DNA of 64,000 bases from Eledone cirrhosa (taxonomy: Eukaryota): contig OZ024742.1 of NCBI GenBank assembly GCA_964016885.1, positions 83,204,001 through 83,268,000 of the forward strand, given 5' to 3'. This document shows positions 41,901-55,820 of this stretch, one piece after another. Positions within the stretch are counted from its first letter, which is position 1. The number at the start of each line of letters is the position of its first letter. The notes under the pieces are model-generated. The model was not told where the DNA came from, did not search any database, and worked only from the letters and a program-made list of their open reading frames with translations. The position numbers and the translations under genes were made by a program.

Positions 41901-42829
41901 AAGAAGCAAGAGATATAATGTAGAATCATAAAATGCTTCGGGAATACATAAAGTGTTCAATTCTTGCCTTCTTAGTAAATCTTGATACATGTGATGGGGT
42001 CTACGTTACTGGCTTTAGCTACATATACTGTATGAAGATTATGTCTTACTTGTGTAATGTGTTCATATGATCTTCTCATTCAATCAACCTTTATCTTGCA
42101 ATCGATTAAGGTGCTCCTCAAATTTTAGAGATGGTCATGTTCCAACAACTATTGCGAGCAGTTATAGTCATAGGAATTAGGGTGTAGAATCATTCTATTT
42201 TATCGTAGCTCCTCGCCTATTATATATTTACGGTATTACATGGAGAACACTGTATGTTTTAGAGATTGTCAACAGTGGAAAATTTCTCTGCATATAATAA
42301 TACAGAATATCCAAGATATTTTGCCTGAAATGTAAATATTATTTGGAAGAAATATATATCAGATGATACAATTGTATGAATGCCCCAAGACACGAAAGGT
42401 ATAAATCTTGATTTTTCGAATTATGGGTTGGCACTGTCCAATAAAATTTCCATCAATTGCACGCACAATGCACCTGATGTACATATATCTCTAGGATGAG
42501 AAAATGTGTAGAAGAAAGGAAAATAGAAAGACTGGGAAACTGAAAACTAAAGAAATATATAAATAGCAGTTTCTACTAGAGCAAATAAATGCATTGGCTG
42601 TATATTTCGTTACATATTAAATATATTTATCAGTATTTACGGGAAGTAGAATTTCATGACAATGGAGTTTAACAATACGAATAAAAGATACTGAATATGT
42701 TGTACAATGTTAGTCCAAAATCAATTGGAGGTTGGTGTCATTTTTTCAACTTTAGATGTGAATCTCCCATTTTTGTTATTTGAACATCTTTTTCTTCGCC
42801 CACTTATACCCGAGAGAGTTGTAGGGTAG

Positions 42830-43140
42830 AGTCTTCAAACACTTCTTCCAGCCAAACTCATGGGTGTTATCCAACCAGCTTACTAGAGGGCTACTGCCGG
42901 TGGGTTTTGTCCTTAAAATCTGACCACCGATTATTTCCTGCAACATTCTAACCACATACCCGTAGCATCGGAGTTGTGATATATCAATTCGGTGAAGTAG
43001 CTGATCTACCTGGAGTGACTCTCTGATCTCCGAGCTACGAACTCTATCGAGTAACGTTACTCCAATTCCCCTTTGGAGAAACCCCGTTTCGGCCACTTGT
43101 ATTCGTGATCGTATTCTTAAGTTCATTACCCGAAATTCAT
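42830..43140 (-). mobile_element. RTE LINE 3' fragment
   Basis: RIQVAETGFLQR..GVTLLDRVRSSEIRESL..QLRCYGYVVRM. Confidence 0.75.
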
Positions 43141-45474
43141 GAACATAAGGAACTTTATTTAGAGTATTTCCTCCTAAAATCAAATATAAAGAACAAGACG
43201 AAAATTAGGAAACACTCTATGCAAAAGATACGCAATTTTTAATTTCTATACACATTTCTTTGGGAGCACAAAATATGTATTCCATTTGATCACATTGTTC
43301 TTTTTCTTATTTTTCAGCAATCGAAATCATAAATTTTCTTATTTATTAAAATATGTTTGTATTCCTGATTCGACTTCATAACGAGTGACTGTGTTATTAG
43401 GTGTCTGTTGGAATTATTTTAATGTGTGATTTCCAAGGATTAACATGTAATTTAAACTATTATCCTAATGCCACAAGGGAAAGTGTCTTTTGGAGTCGTT
43501 TGTTTTTGATTTCACTTATATGTGCAAACTTTTGTCTGCTGATATTTATTATTACTGTCTCTTCATTTACTTCGCACTTGTAATTTTTCTCTATGTTTGT
43601 GTATTATTTACATTGTTTAAAGAGCAATTTGTCGTATATTTCTGCTTTAACTCATTCTTTTATTTTACAATACAATTGCTTTCAGTATTTTATTTTGAGT
43701 AATTACGCCTATTTTATGTAGACAGGCTGTAATTTATGAATCACATTTTCTATTTCTGAACATATTGGTTTTGTTTAGTTCTTGTGACTGGCATATCATT
43801 GAAAATCATATGTTTTACTTATATGGTCATGTCTGCACCCGCTGAATATATCAAATTAATGGAAAAGGAGAAAATATTTCGTTTTAACCTCGAAACGTAG
43901 ACCCCTTTTACATGACAATACATATAAAATATACTAGGGAACTGTATTTACGAGAAAAGGATAGAAGGATTTGCAAGATGAAATTGTCCGCTTAATAGTA
44001 AAAGCTGAAAAAAATCCACTTCACCTTTTACTTTTACGAACATATTTTATAATTTGAAAGGGTCTTTTTCCAGATAGTATGCTCCATCTAATTACTAAAT
44101 ATCTGGAAACAAATTAAATATTTATTCTAATCAAAATTGTTTATATTGTATGTCCTTTTAAATTTCAACTCCCTTTTGCATTCTCAAAACAAGAGAAAAA
44201 TTCTCATCATACAAACTGATGGGAAAACTGTTTTAGTTGTTTTTGATGTTATTGCTTAACTCCGAATCATCTATGATTGGTCAAACCTATTTTTAAGTTC
44301 ATTCCAGTTATGATGACCAATCCGTTTGCATACCAGTTAGTATATGGTCCAATATGTTAGTTTAAATGATATTTGGTAGTAATTAAAACCAAATTTTGAT
44401 ACGTTTCACAGGTCATATGACCCACTAGAATCTCTGTCATTAATGCAAAAATGATGTATGCTTATTAGATGTTGGAGACATCCAGCTACAAGATTATACA
44501 CTGAGTGTTATGTTCTATATAATGATGTGTATTATAAAAGTCGTTTATCCTGTTAATTAGACACAGCCCTTTAAGTTCCAAATTCAAGCCCTAACTTGGT
44601 TGATATCCATTTCATCCTTTAGATGTCAATATAATATTTCCCATTCAAACAGTGGATCGTCCTTGTGCTTCTGTAAGAAATCAAATATTACATGTAAATA
44701 TATTTTGCTTTCTCTTCACAAGTTTAGCCAAAATTAACAGAAACTTAAATCTAAAATTCTTCGAATACTGAACGTTTTCTCTTATAATTCAATGGCGATA
44801 AGCATACTGTACAATATACATTTTGGCTTATTATACATCATAGAGGACAGGTGCGAGCGTATGCTATATTACTGTCATTGTAAACGTTCGAAATAGATTT
44901 CCAATCAAAGCATTCATACATTTCTTTGACAGATAATATATTCTTCCTACCCCATCAATTAAATATTTAAATATTCTTGAGATTGGCTAGGGACCGAAAC
45001 TGGTTTTTCTGTTATATCAATTGAATATGAGGTTATAAAGAATGATATAATGAACGGAAAACTATAAACTCTCTATCTTGAAAACCTGTGCACAAACAGG
45101 TCATTAAATATTTTAGAAGGTTTATGATTCACTAACCGAAGCAGTAATAGTCGTTGTTATGATCTGAATGATTTGATTAAGTTTCGTTGCATCATATCAC
45201 AGATGCTTGAAAATCGTATAGAAATGATTAAATGTAGTTCAGAACCAAATGTCACATATGCGTCTTAACAGATTCCTTGCAAGATTCCGTGTATATTCTC
45301 TCGAAGAATTTTACATAGTGGCAAGATAGCTGCATCTAGAAGAAATACGTATCAAAATGGTCTTATAATATATACGTACATACACATACATACATACAAA
45401 CACACATACGTACGTACATACATACATACATACATACATACATACATACATACATACATACATACATACATACA

Positions 45475-46137
45475 TGACATCCATGTACATAATATGAAAG
45501 AGTACTGGTGGAATGTTCCAGTAAAAACCCCAATAAAATGCAGGCATAACAGACCAGATATTATGATATGGGACAGGGAGAAGAAAACATGCACAGAAGT
45601 GGAAATTAGCTGCTCAGCAGATGCCAATATAATATCAAAGATTAGTGAAAAGGAGAATATTTATGCAGAACTGATGAGAAATTTGCAGATACTCCACCCT
45701 GATTACACCTTCAGATTTATGCCTGTGATTATTGGGGCACTGGGATATGTTAGTAACTGCCTCAATACAAATATTGAGAAGCTAGGCTTCACAGGAACAG
45801 AAAGAACACAACTAGTTAGGAAATTGCAAGTACAATCCATTAATGGAACAGTAAAAATATGTAAAACATTCCAAAAATGTTGCATCTAATAACTGCATAT
45901 ACACATGTACAGATACAAAGCATATACACATGCACACATACAACTCAAAACATACACATCCACACATACAATAACATCCATATCTACACATGCATGCATG
46001 CAGACAGACATACATATCTACCTAGTTGATGTTGTGTAAATTCCAATGGGAGACTATTGTGTCTATGTTAGAAACCGACTCTCTCTCTATTGGTAAAACT
46101 TTGTGAAATTACAAAACCAGAAGAACATACATACATA
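45475..46137 (+). mobile_element. 3' fragment of R4/Dong-like LINE (RLE + 3' UTR)
   Basis: Near-identical to 1845-2500. (CATA)n on both sides. Confidence 0.9.
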
Positions 46138-46139
46138 AG

Positions 46140-49100
46140 CATACAAACAATCTGAACCCCAAAAGTTCGGTTTTATCCAAAGGCTAAAAACTTTATGGAA
46201 CTCCAAACACCCAGAATTAGACTTTTCTCCAAAGCATTTAAATGAACAGGCAAAACGTATCATTAAATGTAAATTGATACATCTAACGGAATTGAGTGAT
46301 ACTACAAATACAGCCCTTGTAGACAACCACCCCACCTCCACTTACAGACAAAGAGAATGGCCAGCTAAATCTAACAGTGAACAGCTCACCAACAATTTTG
46401 CTGAAATCCAACCCACTTCCACTGAAGAACAGCAAGAAAGGTCAGCTAACTCTAGTAGTAATTGTCACCACATCAACAACGAGGCTGAAATTCATGACTC
46501 TACTGAACAAACAGAGCACCAAAAACTTGTGGACACCCTACAAGTGATATGGAACGATATGTTTCAAGAGATACACAGCCTTAATGTGAGTGACAGACCA
46601 TATAACACCAGAATCAGTAAAGAACCCACTAAAGTGGAATTGGAAGCGGTGAACGAAATAGCTGGCAATTATCTGAAGGCTATACGATCTAAAGGTGTAG
46701 AAACGACATTTGAAACGCTTAATATTTTGTTATATGTTTCAGCTGTCACATTGCTATCATATAACACACATCTAAAACCACGCAATCAAGATACAAACAG
46801 AAAGCCTGAACCAGCGTGGATGCGAAATTTAAAAACCAAAATTGTGTCCCTGAGACGAAGTATCTCACACATCGCAGTCGTTATGAAATGCAACATAGAG
46901 AGCAACTTCACACGACACTGGGAAGACCTAAAAAATGTTAGAGAGTCGATTTGGAGATACAAAATTTAAAACTTTGAACTCCAAATTACACCAGTTGAAA
47001 CAACAACTCACAGCTACAACAGAAAGACTAAAATATAAGTCAACAGCACATAAACGACAAGTGCTAAATAGATTGTTTGCCAGAGATCCTAAATCAGTTT
47101 ATCGCAGCTTCGGTGGCAAAAGCTCAATCCCTGTAAATGACACCCCTTCAAAAGAACAGGTTGAGAGCTACTGGAGATCTGTATGGCAAACGGATGACGG
47201 ATTCAACTAATTGGCTAAAAGAACTGGAACAGGACTACTGCCAACATGTCCAGACAAAACAATATGACATAGATGGGTCAATACTGGAAACAGCTCTACA
47301 GAAAATGTCGAATAGGAAATCGCCAGGCCCAGACCTCATTACAGGATACTGGTTGAAGAATTTCACTTTCTATCGGCAAGATCTCATACGGCTGTTTACA
47401 GAAACCATTAAAGGCACACTAGAACTGCCCAGATGGTTATCAACTGCCACTACTCTCCTCATTCCCAAAAATAGCCAAACCACCCTTGCTAAAAATTACC
47501 GCCCAATAGCCTGCAAAAACATCATGTATAAATTATATACTGGGTACCTTAACCTGTTCTTACAGGATCACTGTGCTACCAACAACATCATAACACCTGA
47601 GCAAGCTGGTGGAAAGAGGGAGGTATGGGGTTGCATAGATCACCTACTAACTAACAAAATGATTCAGGAAAAAACAACAAAGAATCGCAGAAACATGACT
47701 GTTGTGTGGCTGGACTATCAAAAAGCATTTGATCGTGTACCTCATGGGTGGATTATTAAGGCTTTACAGTTAGCCAAAGTCCCACAACCATTGGTAGCTG
47801 CTGTTGAACGCCTGACCAAGAACTGGTACACCAATTTGATCCTTAGAGGTGAGAAGGAGCAAGTTAAGACTGATAAGATACATTACCAGAAGGGGCATCT
47901 TTCATGGTGATAGCTTGTCAGTGCTACTCTTCGTTTTCTCACTGAATCGACTATCTTACCTACTCAGGAAACAAGGTGGCAAAGAAGTGGGTCCAGAAGT
48001 ATCTCCCATCTTTTCTTTGTTGATGACCTGAAGTTGTATGGGCCAAATATCAATGACATCAAGAAACATTTTGACCTTATTACACAATTTTCAACCGACA
48101 TCAAAATGAAATTTGGTGAGTCCAAGTGTGCATATTTGGCAGTAAAAGATGGAAGAGCTGTGCCCTACTCTAGAAATCTAGAGATGAACGGCCTTACAAT
48201 ACCACCTCTACAGTCAGGTGACAACTACAGATATCTTGGACAGGATGGGAATGTTAGATATGATGGACCCATAAATAAGGAGAGAACCAGAACTGAATAC
48301 ATCAGAACAGTAAAGAAAATATGGTCATCAGAACTGTCAGCGTACAACAAATACATTGCCCACAATTCTTATGCTGTGCCAATTCTAACGCCGACATTTG
48401 GCCTGCTGAAGTGGTCATTACAAGAACTAAGTGAGATAGATGTTAGAACTCGCAAACTTCTCAGTGTTACTGGGAACTTTAACATCAATGGTGATGTGGA
48501 TAGGCTATACTTCTCACGCAAGGAAGGTGGCCGGGGTCTAAAATCAATATTAACAACATATGAGACCCGGATAGTAACACTGAAGCAACACCTTCAACAG
48601 AGGAAAAAGGTTGGCAACCATCTTGCCCAGGTTTATGAGCATGAAAAAAAAATATCATTAGAATAGCGACTGATCTGGAGGAGAGATATGGAATAAAGCC
48701 TGATATAAATCTCTCACCCAGAGAAATCGGAAGATCCTATTCAATGTTCAAACAAGATAAAAAAAATTGACCAATTTACAGAAAAAGTTGTGCATGGATA
48801 CTTGAGGCGTAAAACACAGACCATAGAGGGGATAAACCACTCAAAAGCCTGGCATGGAGTTCCGACAAGTTTATGACATCACACCTTGAGGGATATCTCT
48901 ATGCAATACAGGAACAAGAACTCCCTACCAAATATCTGCTGCACAAAAGAGGAGGGACAGCAGCTGACAATAAATGTAGGCTATGTAAAACAAAGATCGA
49001 GGATGTAAGCCACATTGTTGCCAGCTGCGAAAGAATGTCATCTCGCTACTATCTCCCCATGAGACACGATGGGATAGCTAGAACCATCTGGAACGCACTT

Positions 49101-49626
49101 CGGAAAACAAAATTAACAACAAACGAGGAAGAATATATTGAGACAGATGGTACTAAGGAATACTGGTGGAACCTGAAAATAAAAACTGCCACCAAATTAA
49201 AGCACAACCAGCCTGATATTGTTGTTTGGGACCACACATTGAAAACGTGTTCTGTTGTGGAGATCTGCTGCCCACTTGATGTAAACGTTGTCAGAAAAAT
49301 ACAGGAGAAGGAGGACATCTACGGACCATTGATGAGGAGTTTACAAATCCAGTATCCAAGATACACCTTTAGCTTCATACCCATCATTATTGGAGCTACG
49401 GGTTATATACCAACCCGCTTAGACCAAAGTATGACTGAACATGGATTTGCGGACAAAAAGCGCAGCTCCCTAATTCATAGTCTACAAATGGCTGCGATAG
49501 CTGGCACCTTCAAAATTTGCAAAACATTCTTTCGAATCAAGGGATGACAATTTCTTTTCTTTTACAACCTTGCCACCAGGAAGGTGGCCGGTCAAAAAAA
49601 TATACTCGCAATTAAGAGAAAGAGAT
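46140..49626 (+). mobile_element. R4/Dong-like non-LTR retrotransposon (RT + CCHC + RLE), frameshifted
   Basis: KSPGPD, NYRPIAC, WLDYQKAFDRVPH, RGIFHGDSLS, FVDD, RKEGGRGL, CRLC..H...C, RHD, PDIVVWD..VEICCP. Ends in (CATA)n. Confidence 0.93.
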
Positions 49627-49704
49627 ACATACATACATACATACATACATACATACATACATACATACATACATACATACATACATACATACATACATAC
49701 ATAC

Positions 49705-52195
49705 AGCGCGATCAGTCGCACATTTTGGCGTGGGAGACTATTCATTAAATTTAAGATGAATACTATCTCCGACAGTAATGCCACAACTACCGGTCATTTT
49801 GAATAACTATATCCTCTGAAGACACATTTTTTTCGAATTCGTAGAGATTAAATACATAATTCGTAGAGACTTAATACATAATTTATTTTACAAGGATTTG
49901 CTACAAAAAGCATGACTAGACACAACATCAACAATAACAATTTACCAAACACAAGGAAGGAAAACAATTTACCGAATAAAACCAGTGAGAAAATCAATGA
50001 GAAAGGTAAGCGAAATGTATTCGGTGTAGCTACAGAAGAAACCGAAATTATAAATCGCATTTCTCTTGGAGTTGCGAACTCAATAATGATCTATTTAATT
50101 GTTATAAAATGGTGGGAAAAAATTCCTCCATCGGCTATATGATCTGCCAAACAATTCAAGTTTGTTGAACGTAAAAATAAGATAAATATTATTAATTGTA
50201 AGTGCCCCAGAACAAGCATGGAATCAAGAACGCGTGCTACAGGTCACCATGCTAATAGACTTCCTAGCAGCCAGGTCGAATAGTGTCTTGAAAGAAATAT
50301 TCCCGTAAGAAATTTGACACCACGCGTACCATCTGAGTCTGCCTCGACTGTTGTGGAAAACACTATCGATAATAATAATCAAAAGTATAAACAATTGAAA
50401 TTTTCCCCCAATGAAATCTTGCAGAGAGAAATTAATTCATGTGTAAACATTTCTCTTGCTGGACGTAATAAAACAACAATACTAAATAAAATAAAACCAA
50501 ATAATGAAATAGTATGTGCTACTGACGAAATAGGGGATGAATATTTATGACGGATTAAAACACACATTCTGGCAAATCAACGCCTGTTTATATGCCCCGG
50601 CAACAACAGTGAAGCATTATCTTGGTGATAGCAGAGATATTAACAAGAACAAAACACCACAGAAAATACCATCATATATAACTAAAACAGATAAAAAGTT
50701 TGCTGACCTACGTAAAACTATAGGATATGTGACAAATTTCCTTACATGCAAACAAAAGCAAAAAGAAAAAGTTCAATCCTCACCAACAAAGAGTGAAAAG
50801 TAAACTAGAAACGATATTTTGTGACAGTACATCCAGAACTCTTCAATATAAGCCGATCACCCGCGAACAAGAATTGAGAGCTCTCAACGAGAAGCCTCGA
50901 TGCCTGAAGAGTATAAATGAAAGAAAAATAATTAATAAAAGATTCAGACGGAACCAAACATTCGTCTATAGAGATATGAAGGGTAAAGTTATGAATGTCA
51001 CTGAGGCTCCATCCCAGAAAAACATCGATTCCTTCTGGAGAAAAATATGGGGTGAATAGAAGAATTTCAACCGAGATGCAGTGTGACTACCCTCCATCAA
51101 AAACATATGAAATAAATGGGGATACCCTTGAGACTGTGATAGGAAAACTCCAAGATAAGAAAACACCAGGAAGAGACAGAATGGTTGACATTAGCACAAA
51201 CAATATTGTTTCCAAGAACAAAGACACCCACTTGGCAAAAAGCTACCGACCCATTGCATGCCAGAACCTGATGTATAAGGTGTATACAGCCTGTCTGAAA
51301 CTATTTCTCCAAGTTCACTGTGAAATTAATAACATCATCATAGATGAACAAGCACCTGGAAAGAAAGTTGTTTGGGGGTGTGCTGAACAACTCCTAGTTA
51401 ACAAAACTGTGATGTCGGAGGTGCGACAACTTAGGAGGAATATGACTACAGTATGGCTGGACTACAGGAAAGCATTTGATTCTGTTCCCCATTCTTGGAT
51501 AACAGAGGCATTCCGACTTGCTACCGTCCTAGACTTTATTATTAGATCCATAGAGAAGCTGTCTTCTTCTTGGGCTACTATCCTAAAATTAAAAAACAGA
51601 TGGAATATTCCAGTGAAAACTCCAATAAAATGCAGACATAGCAGACCAGATATAATGATATGGGACAGGGAAAAGAAGGCATGCCCAGCAGTGGAAGTTA
51701 GCTGCCCAGCAGATGGCAATATACTATCAAAGATTAGCGAAAGAGAGAATATCTGTGCAGAACTAATGAGAAATCTACAGATACTCCACCCAGATACTCC
51801 CGATTTATGCTTGTGTTTGGGCACTGGGGTATGTTAGTAACTACCTCACTACAAATTATGAGAAGCTGGGCTTTACAGAAATAGAAAGAACACGACTAGT
51901 TAGGAATTACAAGTACAATCCATTAATGAAACAGTAAAAATATGTAAAACATTCCAAACTGTCTACATCTAATAACTGTACGGCTACAAAGCATATGTAC
52001 ATGCACACATATAACTCAAAATATACGCAACCATACATACAAAAACATCCATACCTGCACACACATACATGCAGACATGCGTACATATCTACCTAGTTGA
52101 TGTTGTGTAAATTCCAATGAGAGAGTCTTGTATCTGTGTTTGAAACCGACTCTCTCTGGCAAAAGTCTGTGAAATTATAAAACCAGAGGAACATA
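49705..52195 (+). mobile_element. Decayed, internally deleted or chimeric R4/Dong-like LINE
   Basis: SYRPIAC, WLDYRKAFDSVPH, then a jump at ~51600 to WNIPVKTPIKCRHSRPDIMIWD. Ends in (CATA)n. Confidence 0.85.
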
Positions 52196-53539
52196 CATAC
52201 ATACATACATACATACATACATACATACATACATACATACATACATACATACATACATACGTATAAAATGATGAGCGTTGTGGTCGGTCCCTTACTCGGT
52301 CGTGTGTAATTACTGCTTATATGAAGGCAACATACCACATATTGAAGACGTTGAACTACAGAATGAAATAGGATTACATACGAATATTTCTACATAAGTA
52401 TTTCAACATTACAGGTATCGTAAAATATCTACATAAATGTTGCATACATTCTAACGTGTGTATATAAACTCGGTGTTATTTCATTACACACATAAACAAA
52501 TATGCCAATTAACGTTTCAAAATAATTCACACAAAACGATTGCTAGATGTGAAAGTTTAAATAAATTAAAGAATAATAAACAACATGAAATGAAGGATTG
52601 CCTATGCTGTGAACAACGTAAATTTTAATTCTGACACAACTTTGTATCATAGTTATTTTTGAAAAGTAAATACAAATATCAGTAAATAGACAAAACCACC
52701 ATCACTTAGTGTATAGGTTTCCTACGACCAAATCTTGACTACATTTATTATGTGAATTTATCACGGGAACTACATTCTTAACAAAGGTTTATATGAATCA
52801 TATATGCGATCGGACATCAAAAGGTTCAGTTTTATGCAAACGCTAAACGTTTTGTGGAACTCCAAACACTCAGAAATATTCATATCCACAAAATATTTAA
52901 ATGAACAAGCAAAATGTAAAATTAGATGTACGTTGATACATTTAGAGAATTGCTCTGATTTAAAGCAGACTGGCACTACAAATCCAGCAATTTAAGATAA
53001 TTCTCACACTTCCATTAATGGACTGACAGAATGGTAAGTGAAATCTTGCAGTAAACAACACTCAAACAATTTAGCTGAAGTTCGTAAATCTACTCTACAA
53101 GCAGATAAACACCGAACACGTGCGGACGCCTTGCAGGTGGCCTGGACTGATATGCTTCAATATCAGCCTTAATTTTAGTGGCAGGCCATATAACACCATT
53201 ATAAAATAAGCATCTTCGTATTTAGATTGAAATAACAGACAATTATCTGAAGACCACACCGTCCAGAAATACGAAAACAACCTATGCAACCGTTAGGCCT
53301 TGAGATATGTTTCAGCTATCACATTAATAGCATATCATAAAGATCTAAATCCATGCAACCGAGAGATAAGCAGAAAGCCTGAAGCAGTGTGGGCAGGTAA
53401 CTTATAAAATAAAAATGGATTCTTGCGAAGAAGTATCTCACAGACGCACAAATGAAGAGGACACAACATCTCACACAACATCAGGAGGACATTAATAAAA
53501 ACTAGAGAAGCGATTTAGGGATATAGGATTTAAAACACT

Positions 53540-55820
53540 TGTAGCAAGAGTTGCCTCCCTTGTTGTGACGATCACATCACCAATAGATTAACGCTCTCTA
53601 GACAGGAAGTATCTGGAGTTACTTCCCGTTGGGGTGGCAGAACCCTTTTTGTCACTTCCGTCTTGAGACCCTATAAATGGGATACTCAGAGCGATCTCTC
53701 TCTCATTAACCCTTTTCGGCTGCTGGCCTTCGGCCAGGCGCGTTCGCCAAGTCTCTACTCTCTGGCAACCCTAACATTGTCTCTTGCGAGCTAACTTCAA
53801 AACGGTAACAAATAACTTTACTTCATATTTCATCTACTCTTGACATGTCAACAATTCTATACTACATAACTTCAACTTGTTAATTACACTTTATATACAC
53901 AACCTAGTGTCTTGCTATATTCATACACACCAGTATTTTGTTATAAGTGGTGACCCCGAAAAAAGAAAAAAATGATAGGATCTGGTGTTGTGTGAATATA
54001 TATAAAACAATTAATTAGCAGTACCCCATTTTCGTTGGAATGTGTTGACCAACATTTCGAATACGCAGCAAACTTTATTAACAAAGACATAGAAACGAAT
54101 ACACGCACATGTGAAATTCTCGTTCAGACAGACTCTTTTTCTCTCACCTAACGTGATATTTTTTTTTCGGACTAAGAAATCCCTCCGACCTCCTTAGACA
54201 AGGATTTCTCTCCGCATACACTGTCTTATAACGAAAACATCAGAAAAGAATTTTTTTCTCAGCAAGCAAAATAAGCAGAAAAGTTTGCCTTTCACGCACG
54301 TGTCGCACATCAACTATGTCGCATTTCACTGGATGTATATATTTGTTTTTCGTTTCTTCTTACAACGAACATTTTTTTAAAAAAAGGGAAATTTGATTTT
54401 TTTTTTAGATATTTCAACATGAACATTTATTTTCGCTGAATCTCAACTATTGCTTATTCTTTCCGCCAAGCTTTTTTCATCGTTCACAAAAAAGTTGAAC
54501 TCGCCATATTTGTTATACCAAGTGAAGCCTTTCTTTCTGTTTCATCATATTATCACGTTCACACACGAGCTTTTCAAAATGGCTGCCAACAACCTTGTTT
54601 CGGCACGTGTGGGCAGCACACATCTCGACTCACTGAGATACCACACGCCATAGATAATGTTTTTTGCCAAGGATTCTCCAGCCTTAAGCTATATTCTCCT
54701 ATTTGCCGGTTTAAAAATTTACCACGTAAATTTGCCGTTGAAAACTGCGCATTTATTCAGAATGCTTATTTGTTTGGTCGCTGGCCTCTTGATCCTTCCA
54801 GGTCAACGCATTCTCAACATCGACCATAACTTTGGCTGTTATTTCCAGCATTTGCGCAACTCATTTTTTCTTGGAAAATTTTTACTGTGAATTTAAACAT
54901 CGAATACGCTCACTCCGCGAGACAACAATATCAACAACAACACAGCTTCATCAACAACCAAAACCATCAGAACAAGCCAGAGAATTTATTTTTGCAGCAC
55001 TCTTCCTGTGAGAAAATCCCTTCGGAGGTTGGAAATTTCACGTTATACCACAGACCAGAGACCACCTACATACATTGTCTGGAGGACACACTTTCTTTCC
55101 TGCTGTCATGTGATTGCACACCTGTAAACTGTATTTTGAACATTTGAACTTTGACCTCTTCTTTGACTTTCATTACATTGTATCTTTGAGTGATGGATAG
55201 ATAGATGTCCAGTCGTTCTCTGGCCAAGAGCGGTTGGCTACCTTGATATCTATCATTGATGTTTGCATGCATATATTTTGCTGTTTTCCTTTTATTGCAA
55301 ACATTATTTTTTTCGTAATTTTCATGCCTGGACTTTGGTGTTACAGCATGCTCGCCAGCTTATTTCATACATGGTTCATTCGAGTTTTATGTTTTAAAAC
55401 TCTGGCGGGAAGTAATATAGCAAGAGTTGCCTCCATTGTTGTGACGATCACATCACCAATAGATTAACGCTCTCTAGACAGGAAGTAGCTGGAGTTACTT
55501 GTCGTTGGGGTGGCAGAACCCTTTTTGTCACTTCCGTCTTGAAACCCTATAAAAGGGATACTCAGAGCGATCTCTCTCTCATTTGCCCTTTCGGCTGCTG
55601 GCCTTCGGCCAGGCGCGTTCGCCGAGTCTCTACTCTCTGGCAACCCTAACATTGTCTCTTGCGAGCTAACTTCAAAACGGTTACAAAAAACTTTACTTCA
55701 TATTTCATCTACTCTTGACATGTCAACAATTCTATACTACATAACTTCAACTTGTTAATTAAACTTTATATACACAACCTAGTGCCTTGCTATATTCATA
55801 CACACCAGTACACTGTTATA
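53540..55820 (+). mobile_element. Non-autonomous LTR retrotransposon (Gypsy-type, TRIM/LARD-like)
   Basis: LTRs 53540-53945 and 55416-55820 (~405 bp). TSD CACT (53536-53539 / 55821-55824). PBS TGGTGACCCCGA. Purine tract GGCGGGAAGTAA before the 3' LTR. No gag/pol seen. Confidence 0.9.
53948..53959 (+). promoter_or_regulatory. Primer-binding site complementary to tRNA-Trp 3' end
   Basis: TGGTGACCCCGA lies 2 nt after the 5' LTR. Eukaryotic tRNA-Trp ends ...UCGGGGUCACCA. Confidence 0.8.

Noticed and set aside
49805-49850. CTGAAGA...GAATTCGTAGAG as a hammerhead
   Set aside because: No stem II pairing and no GAAA. Too degenerate.
54450-55467. Short ORFs inside the LTR element as gag/pol
   Set aside because: All are under 90 aa with no CCHC, protease, RT or integrase motifs.
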